Shown in pieces: positions 10,118-19,282 of a stretch of DNA of 62,774 nt. How positions within the stretch are numbered: position 1 is the first letter of the stretch; each line of letters opens with the position of its first letter. The translations under genes were made by a program, and so were the position numbers. The notes beneath the pieces were generated by a model that was not told where the DNA came from, ran no database searches, and saw only the letters and a list, made by a program, of their open reading frames with translations. The stretch comes from Patescibacteria group bacterium (GTDB lineage: Bacteria; Patescibacteriota; Microgenomatia; UBA8517). The stretch is taken from NCBI GenBank assembly GCA_038206135.1, contig JBBRBD010000006.1, positions 1-62,774 on the forward strand, in the 5' to 3' direction.

Positions 10118-10969
10118 TTATTTCTGAATTGTTATCACTCTTTTTGACAAAATGAACTTTGTTTTTATGAATGACAATGCTTCTTGCCGTTCTTCAACTG
10201 TCCCGATCTGGAGAATGTGTAAAAGGTAGTTTTTCGTCATCTCATTTTTATCTGCTGAAGTCTGTGGGATTCTGTTAAATTCCCCTAAATGACCATCGAT
10301 AAACTCCTGATGAAGTACTTGGGTTTTAAGTCGATGATAACGTTCTATATCCTCCTGAATTTTCCTCGTTACTCCAGTGTGATTAAATTTGATTTTGTCG
10401 ATATTAGCGATTAATTGCTTGATTAAGTCATTTTCTGTAATATATGGCTCGTCACACTCATAGTTGAGTGACCTACCGCAGTGATCATAAGTATGTTTAA
10501 CAAATCCACCGTGTTTTAATTTCCTAAGTTTCTCTTCAGCCGTTACACCACCTCCGCATCCACCACATTTGAAGATACTTTTGAATGGGAAGATTTTATT
10601 TTTGTATCCTTTATCAGCAAGAAATGACTCGTCATACTTAGCTAGTAGATCCCAATCAAACTCACCAGTATTTTTATTGAGACGAAGGTTTAATTCCTTC
10701 TCTTTTTCAAGATCAGGAATATCGACATAGACTACGGGTACTGTCTTATATTCAAGTGCTTTAGCTACTTCCCATCTAAAGTGTCCACCAATAATGATGT
10801 TCTTTCGGTCTGTAGATGAATTAGCGATAACTGGGTCAACAAAACCAAAACGCAGTATACTTTGCTTTAGTTGTTCGCTAGCGACATCATCATGTTTGCG
10901 AGGATTGTAATCCGCTGGGATTAAATCGTTGATTAGTACTTCGACCGTTTGGATGGGTATATTTTTCAT
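10118..10969 (-). pseudogene. In-frame fusion of ParB-like N-terminal domain and large serine recombinase C-terminal zinc-ribbon/coiled-coil
   Basis: aa 1-119: YNPRKH...FGFVDPVI...IIGGHFRWEVA (ParB/Srx); aa 120-283: FKCGGCGGGVT...YDHC...C (recombinase Zn ribbon); no catalytic serine domain. Confidence 0.7.
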
Positions 10970-11015
10970 AATTTAACTAAATCTATCATGGGTTTTTGAA
11001 AAACTTGTTTATCAA

Positions 11016-11048
11016 CCCCCTTGACAACGGAGTTGTCACGGAGGGGGG
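11016..11048. repeat. Nested inverted repeat upstream of the ParB fusion
   Basis: CCCCCT-TGACAAC-GGA-GTTGTCA-CGG-AGGGGG. Confidence 0.7.
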
Positions 11049-11280
11049 TATTGATGTTCGATTAGGCCGTTAAATAGGACTATTCTTAATATTTGTTTTA
11101 TTTTCTGATGAATTTGAAAATACCCCTTGACAAGATTTTGTAGAAGTAATCCTTCGGGCTGTAATATCATTAAAAATGATGAGTAACAGTATAAGGACAT
11201 TTATCAACTTAATAGTGCTTGATGTCGTAAAAATGTTTCAGGAAGTGTATAAATTACCATAAATAGCTTAAAATACGGGC

Positions 11281-11949
11281 ATGAAAAACGAACGGCGAGA
11301 ATTTGAAGGCTATTTATTTACTAGAAAAGAAATTGAACCAATTCCAAACTTGGTTGTAGCCTTAGAAGGTCCTGTATGCGCTGGAAAAACTACGGTACTA
11401 GAAAGATTAAAAGCCGATGGAATTTCGATAATTCAGGAATACTCTGAATATGTCGATTCAGCTACAAGAGATTTTCCTAATTTTCCTCCAAAAGACGAAG
11501 AGTCAGCAAAGGGTAGTTTCAAATTTTTCTTTGATTTGGAACTAAAAAGACACTCAGATTTGAATAGACAAAACGGTAAATTTACTGTCATAGATCGTAG
11601 CGTTTATACACTATTAGCTTTTGAAGTTGGCGCATCAAGATTAACTGGAATTGACATACTACCATGGGCGATTGAATATCTTGAAGAGCATAAAAATGAA
11701 ATAATTATTCCAGAGCATGTTGTCTATATGGATAACTCCGTAGAAGAATCTCGCAGACGTGCAGAAGAGGGAAAAATTAGGATTGCCGAGTTTCTACTGA
11801 CTGATGAGTTTAATAAGGGATTTAGGAGTTTCTTTTTAGCGTTAAAGGAGAAAGCTCCAAATCTCATAGATATCGTTGATGCATCTAGAGAACCTGAAGA
11901 TGTTAGATTTAGCGTCAGTTCATTAATAACTGGCAAGGATACGATTTAG
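11281..11949 (+). CDS. Deoxynucleoside/thymidylate kinase family P-loop protein
   Basis: LEGPVCAGKTT Walker A, IDRS motif. Confidence 0.8.
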   Translation: MKNERREFEGYLFTRKEIEPIPNLVVALEGPVCAGKTTVLERLKADGISIIQEYSEYVDSATRDFPNFPPKDEESAKGSFKFFFDLELKRHSDLNRQNGKFTVIDRSVYTLLAFEVGASRLTGIDILPWAIEYLEEHKNEIIIPEHVVYMDNSVEESRRRAEEGKIRIAEFLLTDEFNKGFRSFFLALKEKAPNLIDIVDASREPEDVRFSVSSLITGKDTI

Positions 11950-12597
11950 AGCTGGCACAAAGCCTTTCACAGGTTCTATGTGTTCATACTTTATACCAAA
12001 GCTCTCTATTGTCTGTATGTCGTCTGAACTATCATCCACGAGAATACTTTCTCCGGGCTTTAAGTTGTTTTTCTTCAAGTATTCTGAAAAAAAGATGCTT
12101 TTTCCATCTTTATCTACATCCTTTTTCATTCCGCCTAAGTAATGAGAATTTAAAACATCATCAAACAGGTCGTCAATCTTCAAATATCTTTTTGTCCAAC
12201 GAGTAAAAGAGTCCATATTATCTGTTGCTACTACAACCTTTGAACCATTCTTCTGTAGCTTTTTAATCAAACCCGGGACATCCTTAGATACAAATTCCAT
12301 ATTCATACAGCTATGAATAAATTCATCAAATACATCTGAATAAGCAAGTTTACTTTTGTCAGATATCCTTCTAATAACATCTTCGGATTGAATTTCACCT
12401 TTCATCCATGGCTTAAGTAAGCCTCTAAGTTGTCCAAATAAAGTATTTTCTATCGTTGAAAACATTTTGGGATCAGTTTTCTCTAAATGTCCCCAGAATT
12501 TTGAACCCGAAAGCGTTCCATTCCAATCAATAAATACTGTTTTATAGGAGAGCTTATTCTTCTTGGAAGTATGGTTTATCTTTTTGGATTGCTTCAT
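11923..12597 (-). CDS. HAD-superfamily hydrolase
   Basis: Motif I variant FIDWNGTL, ATDN, motif IV LVDDS. Confidence 0.8.
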   Translation of the reverse strand: MKQSKKINHTSKKNKLSYKTVFIDWNGTLSGSKFWGHLEKTDPKMFSTIENTLFGQLRGLLKPWMKGEIQSEDVIRRISDKSKLAYSDVFDEFIHSCMNMEFVSKDVPGLIKKLQKNGSKVVVATDNMDSFTRWTKRYLKIDDLFDDVLNSHYLGGMKKDVDKDGKSIFFSEYLKKNNLKPGESILVDDSSDDIQTIESFGIKYEHIEPVKGFVPALNRILASY

Positions 12598-13519
12598 CTA
12601 TTGTTTGTTTAATGTATTGATTAAAATATATAGCATGTGTCTTCTGAAATAAAGAATCTCTTTTCCCCTTATCAATCGCTGATGACTCATCATATATATG
12701 AATTGAATAACGATCAACTACAGGAATAACAAACGCATTAAATTTAGCCATCAATTTAGTAACCAAAGATGTTTCTTCAAACCCATATGCTCCAAAATCT
12801 CCACTACATCCATTTACAGCAATCGATTGCACTTTCATTGAAGCAAAACATCCACCCAACACCATATTCGGTAAAACCCATGGACCTAGTTTTCCACTTT
12901 TAGGCCAGTCTTTAAGATTGTTCGTCTGCTTTAATAATCTGTACTCTGTATTTGCGAACCTTTCATCTTCATCTGAGCCTTTCCATGATTTTTGATAAAT
13001 ACAGTGGTCCCTAAAGTCATTTGTTATGTCAAAATTGAAATTATCTTTGTTCTTGCCTTCAACAAAGTTGAATAAACAAAATGTTATGCATGATCTACCC
13101 TGGCTTATTTGATTAAGATGTGTTTTAACCTGATTTTTAATTAATTCTGGGTAGATAATTACGTCTGAATCTATGAAGAAGATTAAATCATTCTTAGTTT
13201 GTTTTAAACCAAAGTTCCTTGAATAATATCGACCTTTATTTTTCTTGATATTTAATACTTTGACTTCATTAGCTAAATCTTTCTTAATACTTGTAATAGC
13301 TGTATACTGGATAGATCCATCATCTACAACAATTATTTCAAATAAACCGCCAAATTTTCGAGCTGAAGTAATAACTGATTTCAGACATTCGTTAATAGTA
13401 TTATTCGATTCAAAATAAGGTATTACGATGCTTACTGAAAGTTCTCTCTGCTCAAAGTTGTCAGTTAGCTTATAGTTATTATTAAAATTTAAGATTTGTT
13501 TTTCTAATGTTTTAGTCAT
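12554..13519 (-). CDS. Glycosyltransferase family 2
   Basis: SIVIPYFES, IIVVDDGS, FFIDSDV, GFEETSL. Confidence 0.85.
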   Translation of the reverse strand: MTKTLEKQILNFNNNYKLTDNFEQRELSVSIVIPYFESNNTINECLKSVITSARKFGGLFEIIVVDDGSIQYTAITSIKKDLANEVKVLNIKKNKGRYYSRNFGLKQTKNDLIFFIDSDVIIYPELIKNQVKTHLNQISQGRSCITFCLFNFVEGKNKDNFNFDITNDFRDHCIYQKSWKGSDEDERFANTEYRLLKQTNNLKDWPKSGKLGPWVLPNMVLGGCFASMKVQSIAVNGCSGDFGAYGFEETSLVTKLMAKFNAFVIPVVDRYSIHIYDESSAIDKGKRDSLFQKTHAIYFNQYIKQTIDEAIQKDKPYFQEE

Positions 13520-14822
13520 CTGTTTTTGGCTTGTGTATTTCAGATTTGTCTATTTTTGATCTTAGCTCATTAAATATTGAAAGATATGGTGGAATGCTGT
13601 TAAAAATAATTACAGGAACACTCAATAATAATATATAGACCATTTCCAAATAATTCTTATTGTTGTAATTCCAAAAGAAAATTAGATATTGAAGTGGACC
13701 ATATATGAAAATAACTAAATAGGATATTGTTATTAAAATCAAATCCGTAGTTATAAGTGGAGAAGCTAACAGCATAAGTACCAAAGGTCCTGATATTAGC
13801 CACGCTAAGGCGGAAAGAAGTCCTTCTAGTGTAAAGAGAAGTGGTGAGATGAGACTTTCAATTCCAAGCTGTTTTTTATTTTTTGCAACATACTGTAAAT
13901 ATGAAATATTTTTCATTGGCCCCCAGAACCAAATATATTTTTGATTCCACGACCCCCTTACTGTCTCAGGTGAATCAGCATACTCTAAAAACGGAATAGC
14001 AAAGATTCTATACCTCTTACTCCTTAATAAGAAGCCTAAAAACAGATCCTCTGTCATTGTTCCTGTCGGGAACTTACCAACACTTTCAAGCACAGACTTC
14101 TTTATTATCAGTCCATGACCAACAACATGAGCATAAGCATATTTTCTGAAGAAAACATTATTAGATATGGATTGTCTTAACAACCTTGCTATCTCGTGAG
14201 CAAATGTCCACCTGCTTTGCAAAATGGCTGAAATTTTCAAAAACGGATTAAGATCATTGTAGTTTTTAGTAAATACTGCTGGTTGCTGGAAGATTTCTGA
14301 TTCATTTTTCTGTACTGATCTTGAGACATAATCAAATGTGTTAAAGTGCGGACGTGAGTCAGCATTATATATAGCTATGTAAGAATCTTCTTTGATTTTA
14401 TCAATAGCGTAATTTAATTGATGAGCCATTTTCCCTTTTGCATCAGGATAGTTAATAACTTTTATGTAACCAGAATACTTATTGTTTTTAATAAAAGACT
14501 CTACTAATTTTTGAGTGGATTCACCGTTAAATTTCTTACTAAATTCCTTTTGTGTTGTAATAACAATAATTTTTATATTTTCCCTTCGAAAGTGCTTAAC
14601 AAAATACTCTAGTGTGGCAATGATTCTTTTTTGCTCTCGTAAAACAGGAATCAGAATATAAAACTTTGTTTTAGAATTCTTACTTAACTTTGATTCTGAA
14701 GAAGCTTTCTTCTGCCAATTAATTGAATTTAATAGAAAATATAAAGTAGATAATCCTCTTGCTAAAACAATGGCTAAAGTTATTTGTAAAATAATCATAG
14801 AGGTATAATATTTGATTCCCAA
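13512..14822 (-). CDS. Membrane glycosyltransferase family 2 (processive-type architecture)
   Basis: N-terminal TM, ILIPVLRE, YNADSRP, TEDL, QKYIW (QxxRW-like), C-terminal TMs. Confidence 0.8.
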   Translation of the reverse strand: MGIKYYTSMIILQITLAIVLARGLSTLYFLLNSINWQKKASSESKLSKNSKTKFYILIPVLREQKRIIATLEYFVKHFRRENIKIIVITTQKEFSKKFNGESTQKLVESFIKNNKYSGYIKVINYPDAKGKMAHQLNYAIDKIKEDSYIAIYNADSRPHFNTFDYVSRSVQKNESEIFQQPAVFTKNYNDLNPFLKISAILQSRWTFAHEIARLLRQSISNNVFFRKYAYAHVVGHGLIIKKSVLESVGKFPTGTMTEDLFLGFLLRSKRYRIFAIPFLEYADSPETVRGSWNQKYIWFWGPMKNISYLQYVAKNKKQLGIESLISPLLFTLEGLLSALAWLISGPLVLMLLASPLITTDLILITISYLVIFIYGPLQYLIFFWNYNNKNYLEMVYILLLSVPVIIFNSIPPYLSIFNELRSKIDKSEIHKPKTDD

Positions 14823-15679
14823 ACTTTCTTTTTCAAAGGATCTAGTCGATCTGCTTTATCTGACTCAAAGTTAAGATCAACAGTCATAAGATAAATTAAG
14901 TCCCAGCCGATCAGGAGAATACGGTGAATTTCAATCATTTCTTCTGTTATCCACTCTGAATTATATGACTTTAAAAATAGCTTTTCCTCTCGCTTAGTTA
15001 AAAAATGTAGATATATGAATTGAGAAAGATCGCAAGTAACAATATCCCATCGACAGTCAGCCCAGTCAATTATCATTATTTCTCCTTTTTTTGTGCGTAC
15101 AATATTAGTATCATTCAGGTCTCCATGTACAAGAGAACAATTATCTCTTGTGAAATTAATTTTTGAATTGAGTTTTTTCACTTTTTTAGTTATTTCATTA
15201 ATTGTCGTTTGAACTGTCCTGTTCACAAGATGTTTTTTTGTTTCCTTCAATTTCTCAAGTGGCTCTAATATAAAAACTTTCAATATCACCAACGGATTAT
15301 ATACACCATCAGTGAGGAGGTTGTCTTCAGGAATATGCTTGTTTGTCAGATTCTTCTGTTTTCTTGCATAATCATGAACCCTACTAAGAGCCTCAGCTGT
15401 GTCAATAATAAACTGATCTGTCTTTTTATATATTTTATGAAAGTTTACTTTCTCTTCTAAAATTAGACTGGGTAGAAGTTCATTTGGAAAGTGCAACTTT
15501 AAGTATGGACTTGGAGCTAAATTTATATTGGAGATAATTTTTTGTGCCCAATATTCCTTATCAAGAGTGCCTCGCCTCTCTGCTGGAAGCCAACGCAGAT
15601 ACAACAAACCCAAATCTAATGTTGAGTGTATAGTATCACGAAAATAATCTGTCCATTTATATTTATCTAATTTCATCAA
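14795..15679 (-). CDS. Aminoglycoside/choline kinase-like phosphotransferase
   Basis: VHGDLNDTNI (Brenner motif) and IIDWAD. Confidence 0.85.
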   Translation of the reverse strand: MMKLDKYKWTDYFRDTIHSTLDLGLLYLRWLPAERRGTLDKEYWAQKIISNINLAPSPYLKLHFPNELLPSLILEEKVNFHKIYKKTDQFIIDTAEALSRVHDYARKQKNLTNKHIPEDNLLTDGVYNPLVILKVFILEPLEKLKETKKHLVNRTVQTTINEITKKVKKLNSKINFTRDNCSLVHGDLNDTNIVRTKKGEIMIIDWADCRWDIVTCDLSQFIYLHFLTKREEKLFLKSYNSEWITEEMIEIHRILLIGWDLIYLMTVDLNFESDKADRLDPLKKKVWESNIIPL

Positions 15680-16388
15680 AATTTGTTAATTTCCATCCAT
15701 TTTCTTTTATTGTTTTGATTAATTTCACATCTCTTAACACAACCACCTGCATTTGTCTCTCAACAATATATGAACTATTAAGTGACTTGTCCGTTAGTCC
15801 AGGATGTAAGACAAATTCTGTAACCCCTTCAGGAGCTTCATGCATAATCTGGATTAAATGATCAATGTTAATCTGTAACTTATCGTAAAATCTAAACTCA
15901 GTGTGATTTGGGTGAGGAACACTTATAGGTTCCAAGTCTTTAAACCACCTAGTTGGCAATGAAACTTTTTCGATGTATTCTCTAAAGCTTTGTACGAAAT
16001 TAGGTATTTGGTAAAGAGGATGGTGAAAATTAACATGTGCCGGATCTGACCTGAATTTATGCTTAAATAATTCCAACTGCTTATCAAATTCAGCAAACAT
16101 CTCGTCGACTATTTCACTAGGCAAGGGCTCCTTGTTTTTATATGCCTTATTTATGATTCCAGATTTGCCAAAACTTTTGCTTTGATTAATAAAATCTCCC
16201 TCTCCTGAAACGTTTAAATGAATTCCAATAGAAATTCCTTTATCTGTTGCCTTCTTATATGCTTCGTCAACACAAGAACTAGTCACCATTAGACTAGCAC
16301 TCTTAACCAGAGTTGAACATTGCAGGATTCCATTGGTGGTCAGTGGTGAAAGACCAAGATCATCAGCATTAAAGATAAACTTTTTCAT
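15663..16388 (-). CDS. ChbG/YdjC-family carbohydrate deacetylase
   Basis: NADDLG, GIHLN, HVNFHH, EFVLHPG. Confidence 0.85.
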   Translation of the reverse strand: MKKFIFNADDLGLSPLTTNGILQCSTLVKSASLMVTSSCVDEAYKKATDKGISIGIHLNVSGEGDFINQSKSFGKSGIINKAYKNKEPLPSEIVDEMFAEFDKQLELFKHKFRSDPAHVNFHHPLYQIPNFVQSFREYIEKVSLPTRWFKDLEPISVPHPNHTEFRFYDKLQINIDHLIQIMHEAPEGVTEFVLHPGLTDKSLNSSYIVERQMQVVVLRDVKLIKTIKENGWKLTNFDEIR

Positions 16389-16601
16389 GCAATCATATTA
16401 TATGCTTTTGTGGCCAAAAAAGCCTCTGTTATGTGGTAGAAGAAATAATATATCACTATAATTTTGAGACTCGCTCTTTTTATAGTGTCTCATTTGTCTC
16501 GTTTAGCCTGAAGATGATACACTCAGAAAGACAGTGGTTATAAACCAAGTTTGCAAGCTTTGCTTATGGGACTAAACGGTTCCAGACCCGTATGGCTCAA
16601 T

Positions 16602-16675
16602 CGGACTGTAGCTCGGTGGAATGAGCACTTGTGCATAGACGCAAGAGGGCGTGGGTTCGAATCCTACCAGTTCGA
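16602..16675 (+). tRNA. Non-canonical/pseudo tRNA with 8-nt anticodon loop (C1-G72, A73; Pro-like acceptor)
   Basis: CGGACTG/CAGTTCG, GCTC/GAGC, CTTGT/GCAAG enclosing GCATAGAC, GTGGG-TTCGAAT-CCTAC; lacks U33 and A14. Confidence 0.65.
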
Positions 16676-16760
16676 ATAGGCCAGAAGTGGCCCACCAGAA
16701 CGATCCCCAACGGTTGACTGGTCGAGCGTTATTGCTGGACCAGTCAATGAAAATTTTTGA

Positions 16761-16787
16761 GGGCAGGACAACAAACTGCCCTTTTTT
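16761..16787 (+). terminator. Intrinsic terminator
   Basis: GGGCAG-GACAACAAA-CTGCCC followed by T-run. Confidence 0.75.
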
Positions 16788-16836
16788 ATTTTAAACGTTT
16801 GACAGACTGGGTTTTAGTCACTATAGTATCCTTTCT

Positions 16837-16907
16837 GTCCTCGTAGCCAAGTGGTAAGGCATATCCCTGCAAAGGATATATCAGCGGTTCGAATCCGTTC
16901 GAGGACT
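16837..16907 (+). tRNA. tRNA-Cys(GCA)
   Basis: GTCCTCG/CGAGGAC, anticodon arm TATCC-CTGCAAA-GGATA, U73 discriminator, CCA not encoded. Confidence 0.95.
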
Positions 16908-17053
16908 ATTTTCTTGGGTATCGTAAAGCTGGCCCCCCTCTAGCTTTATCAAGATGCCACAATTGGGTGTACATAAAACATGTACACCCTTTTCTTTTGC
17001 CTTAAAAACCATTTGCACTTTTGTGTTTTGTTTGGGGTATACTGATTTTACAC

Positions 17054-17575
17054 ATGTTGTTGCCTATCACAATTCTCGGAATAGACCCAGGAACTGCCAC
17101 AACTGGATACGGCGTTATTGAATTTACAAAACAGGGGATAGAACTTATAAGCTACGGCCTTATCTCAACAGACAAAGATGGCACTCCAGAAGTTAGACTC
17201 GCTGCAATCTTTGATGAAATGAACACCCTCTTTACTAAATACAAGCCACACGTTATGGCTATCGAGAAAGTTTTCTTCTCAACAAACGTAAAAACTGCAA
17301 TTCGAGTCGGACAAGCACAGGGAGTGATGCTTTTGGCTGCAGCACATGGCCGTGTACCAGTTGCTGAATATGCCCCCGGCACTATAAAAAAACAGGTCAC
17401 CGGAAGTGGGAGAGCTGACAAAAAAATGGTGATAAAAACAGTACAAGACATTTTTGGCTCTAAAGTAAAACCTGAAAAAGGTGGGAAGACTCATTTTGAT
17501 AATGCAGCCGACGCCCTCGCCATTGCCATGTGTCACGCATTTAAAGAGCGCGATAAAGATCTTGTTACGATATAA
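17054..17575 (+). CDS. ruvC: Holliday junction resolvase RuvC
   Basis: ILGIDPG, AIEKVF, DNAADALAIA. Confidence 0.95.
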   Translation: MLLPITILGIDPGTATTGYGVIEFTKQGIELISYGLISTDKDGTPEVRLAAIFDEMNTLFTKYKPHVMAIEKVFFSTNVKTAIRVGQAQGVMLLAAAHGRVPVAEYAPGTIKKQVTGSGRADKKMVIKTVQDIFGSKVKPEKGGKTHFDNAADALAIAMCHAFKERDKDLVTI

Positions 17576-17587
17576 TAGGCGTCACAC

Positions 17588-17998
17588 ATGTTTGGAAGAA
17601 AGAAAAAAAAGCGCGAAAAAGTTGATTGGGTAAAAGACCCAGAGATTTTAGTGAGAGTTCACGATCTCGCTGACAAACTTCATTTAGATTGGATTCAAAC
17701 AGACAAAATATATGCAATTCGCTCAACTGGTAGTGCTGCAAAAGCATATGCTCGTATTTGGGGAATGAGTAGGGTTTGGCAGATTGCCGCAAACTTGCCC
17801 GCTGTGTATTGCATTGAGGTTGTCTCCCAATATTTTGATAAATTGTCCGTGACAGAGCAAGACAAAGTACTTTTGCATGAACTCGCTCACATTCCAAAAA
17901 ACTTCAGTGGCGCCCTTGTTGCCCACAACCACACCAAAGGGGGATTCCATGACAAGCTCCATGAAATGCTTGCTGATTACAAAAAACTTAAAAACTAA
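17588..17998 (+). CDS. Putative metallopeptidase (HExxH)
   Basis: VLLHELAHIP; AYARIWG motif. Confidence 0.75.
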   Translation: MFGRKKKKREKVDWVKDPEILVRVHDLADKLHLDWIQTDKIYAIRSTGSAAKAYARIWGMSRVWQIAANLPAVYCIEVVSQYFDKLSVTEQDKVLLHELAHIPKNFSGALVAHNHTKGGFHDKLHEMLADYKKLKN

Positions 17999-18069
17999 AC
18001 TTTCTTGAAGTGGTGTGACTTATAGTGTATAATTTACCCTCAGGCATATCATCAGAAAGGTTCGTACAG

Positions 18070-18264
18070 ATGAACGACGAGCAGAGTAAAATGTTTGCAA
18101 AGATTGTTAGGCGACAATTGGCGTATATGCTTCTCCTATTATCTTTTGCAATATCTATCGCAGTTGCCGGGATAAGCTTGATTGTAACCAGCGACGCAAC
18201 ACCAATTCTTGCTGCAATCTCGATTGCGGGTCTCATAACAGGTTTAGTATTGAGTGTTATATAA
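18070..18264 (+). CDS. Small two-TM membrane protein (paralogue 1)
   Basis: MNDEQSKMFAKIVRRQL plus two hydrophobic helices; own promoter and terminator. Confidence 0.75.
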   Translation: MNDEQSKMFAKIVRRQLAYMLLLLSFAISIAVAGISLIVTSDATPILAAISIAGLITGLVLSVI

Positions 18265-18283
18265 AGTATTCCGCTAGTTTTTC

Positions 18284-18310
18284 GAGCGGCTCATAAGCCG
18301 CTCTTTTTTT
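18284..18310 (+). terminator. Intrinsic terminator (GAGCGGC-TCATAA-GCCGCTC family)
   Basis: Perfect 7-bp stem plus T-run; near-identical copy at 18868. Confidence 0.85.
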
Positions 18311-18433
18311 ATGCTTTGATATACATAGTTTATAAAATGCTTGCTGACTACAAAAAACAGAGGCGTTAGATTATTTGAATAAATACATCTTATAGTGTAT
18401 AATATGCCAGTATTTAGCAGATAGGAGGATATC

Positions 18434-18589
18434 GTGCTGAACCATGCAATGCATTTTTCGAGTCAGGTGAGTCAAGCGGCTCAAGACACTCCAGAGTATC
18501 TTTTACGCATATCACTGGCTGGAATTTGTACAGTGACGTTTATACTCTTGGTTCTTATTGTGTATTTGATAAGAACTTCTAAGCGCTAG
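18434..18589 (+). CDS. 51-aa single-TM microprotein (below ORF-track cutoff)
   Basis: AGGAGG SD, GTG start, MLNHAMHFSSQVSQAAQDTPEYLLRISLAGICTVTFILLVLIVYLIRTSKR. Confidence 0.7.
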   Translation: MLNHAMHFSSQVSQAAQDTPEYLLRISLAGICTVTFILLVLIVYLIRTSKR

Positions 18590-18620
18590 TAAGAGCAATT
18601 TGACGAAAAGAGGTAACGGT

Positions 18621-18854
18621 ATGAATGATGAACAGTATAAAGCATTTGTCCGTATTGTGAGAACAGAAATCGGCAATGCATTCACGCTATTTGGAGTTCC
18701 ATTAACACTCACCTCTGCCGGAGTGATGCTATTGGCTTCTAATAGTGGGTCTGCAGCTGTACACGAAGTTTCAGCGGTCTGTATAATAATGAGTACAATT
18801 GGTATTTCATGTCTTTTAGCAGCAGCAATTTTGAGAATTATCTCAAAACAATAA
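18621..18854 (+). CDS. Small two-TM membrane protein (paralogue 2)
   Basis: MNDEQYKAFVRIVRTEI plus two hydrophobic helices; AGAGGT SD. Confidence 0.75.
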   Translation: MNDEQYKAFVRIVRTEIGNAFTLFGVPLTLTSAGVMLLASNSGSAAVHEVSAVCIIMSTIGISCLLAAAILRIISKQ

Positions 18855-18867
18855 GTAGACTCATTGT

Positions 18868-18894
18868 GAGCGGCTCATCAGCCGCTCTTTTTTT
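18868..18894 (+). terminator. Intrinsic terminator (GAGCGGC-TCATCA-GCCGCTC)
   Basis: Stem-loop plus T-run. Confidence 0.85.
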
Positions 18895-19027
18895 GTGCCT
18901 ATAAACATTTCATTAAATGGTTTGCAATTATGACGGTCTGTTCAACTTTTAACATATTGATAAATAACTTGAAAAACAACTGAAATGCCCTATAATTGAG
19001 TGATCGGTTAATTGGAGGCTTTGTGTA

Positions 19028-19282
19028 ATGCAAACGAATGAACCTTTGAATCAGGAGACTGTCGCTCAGATCCGCAATATTATTCGAACAGAAATTCAAA
19101 ATGGCAACTCTCGCAATGTCGCTTTAGATGGAGTTTCTGACCTTGTTAAAGGCTTAATCTTTTTAATTGTAGTCATACTTACGTACAACCAGCCGAATTT
19201 GGGTGAAGCTTCGATAGTATTTCTCGTATTGATGATTATCTCCTTTGTACTGGGCGTTCTGAAAATCGGGTTGACTATCTAA
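19028..19282 (+). CDS. Small two-TM membrane protein (distant paralogue 3)
   Basis: LNQETVAQIRNIIRTEI resembles paralogues 1 and 2; GGAGG SD; terminator at ~19295. Confidence 0.7.
   Translation: MQTNEPLNQETVAQIRNIIRTEIQNGNSRNVALDGVSDLVKGLIFLIVVILTYNQPNLGEASIVFLVLMIISFVLGVLKIGLTI

Larger units (their letters stand above)
9916..16599. mobile_element. Degraded integrative island at the 3' end of the tRNA-like gene
   Basis: Degenerate direct repeat of the tRNA 3' end (9916-9940 vs 16576-16599, 19/25 matches), recombinase remnant at the left end, visibly more AT-rich cargo. Confidence 0.65.
17964..18403 (+). repeat. Diverged tandem duplication unit (~370 bp period)
   Basis: AAATGCTTGCTGA(T/C)TACAAAAAAC at 17964-17987 and 18335-18358; CTTATAGTGTATAAT at 18019-18033 and 18389-18403. 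Confidence 0.85.

Noticed and set aside
16465-16600. Group I intron remnant
   Set aside because: GACTAAACG is vaguely P7-like, but there is no partner AAGATATAGTC element or P3/P4/P6 core
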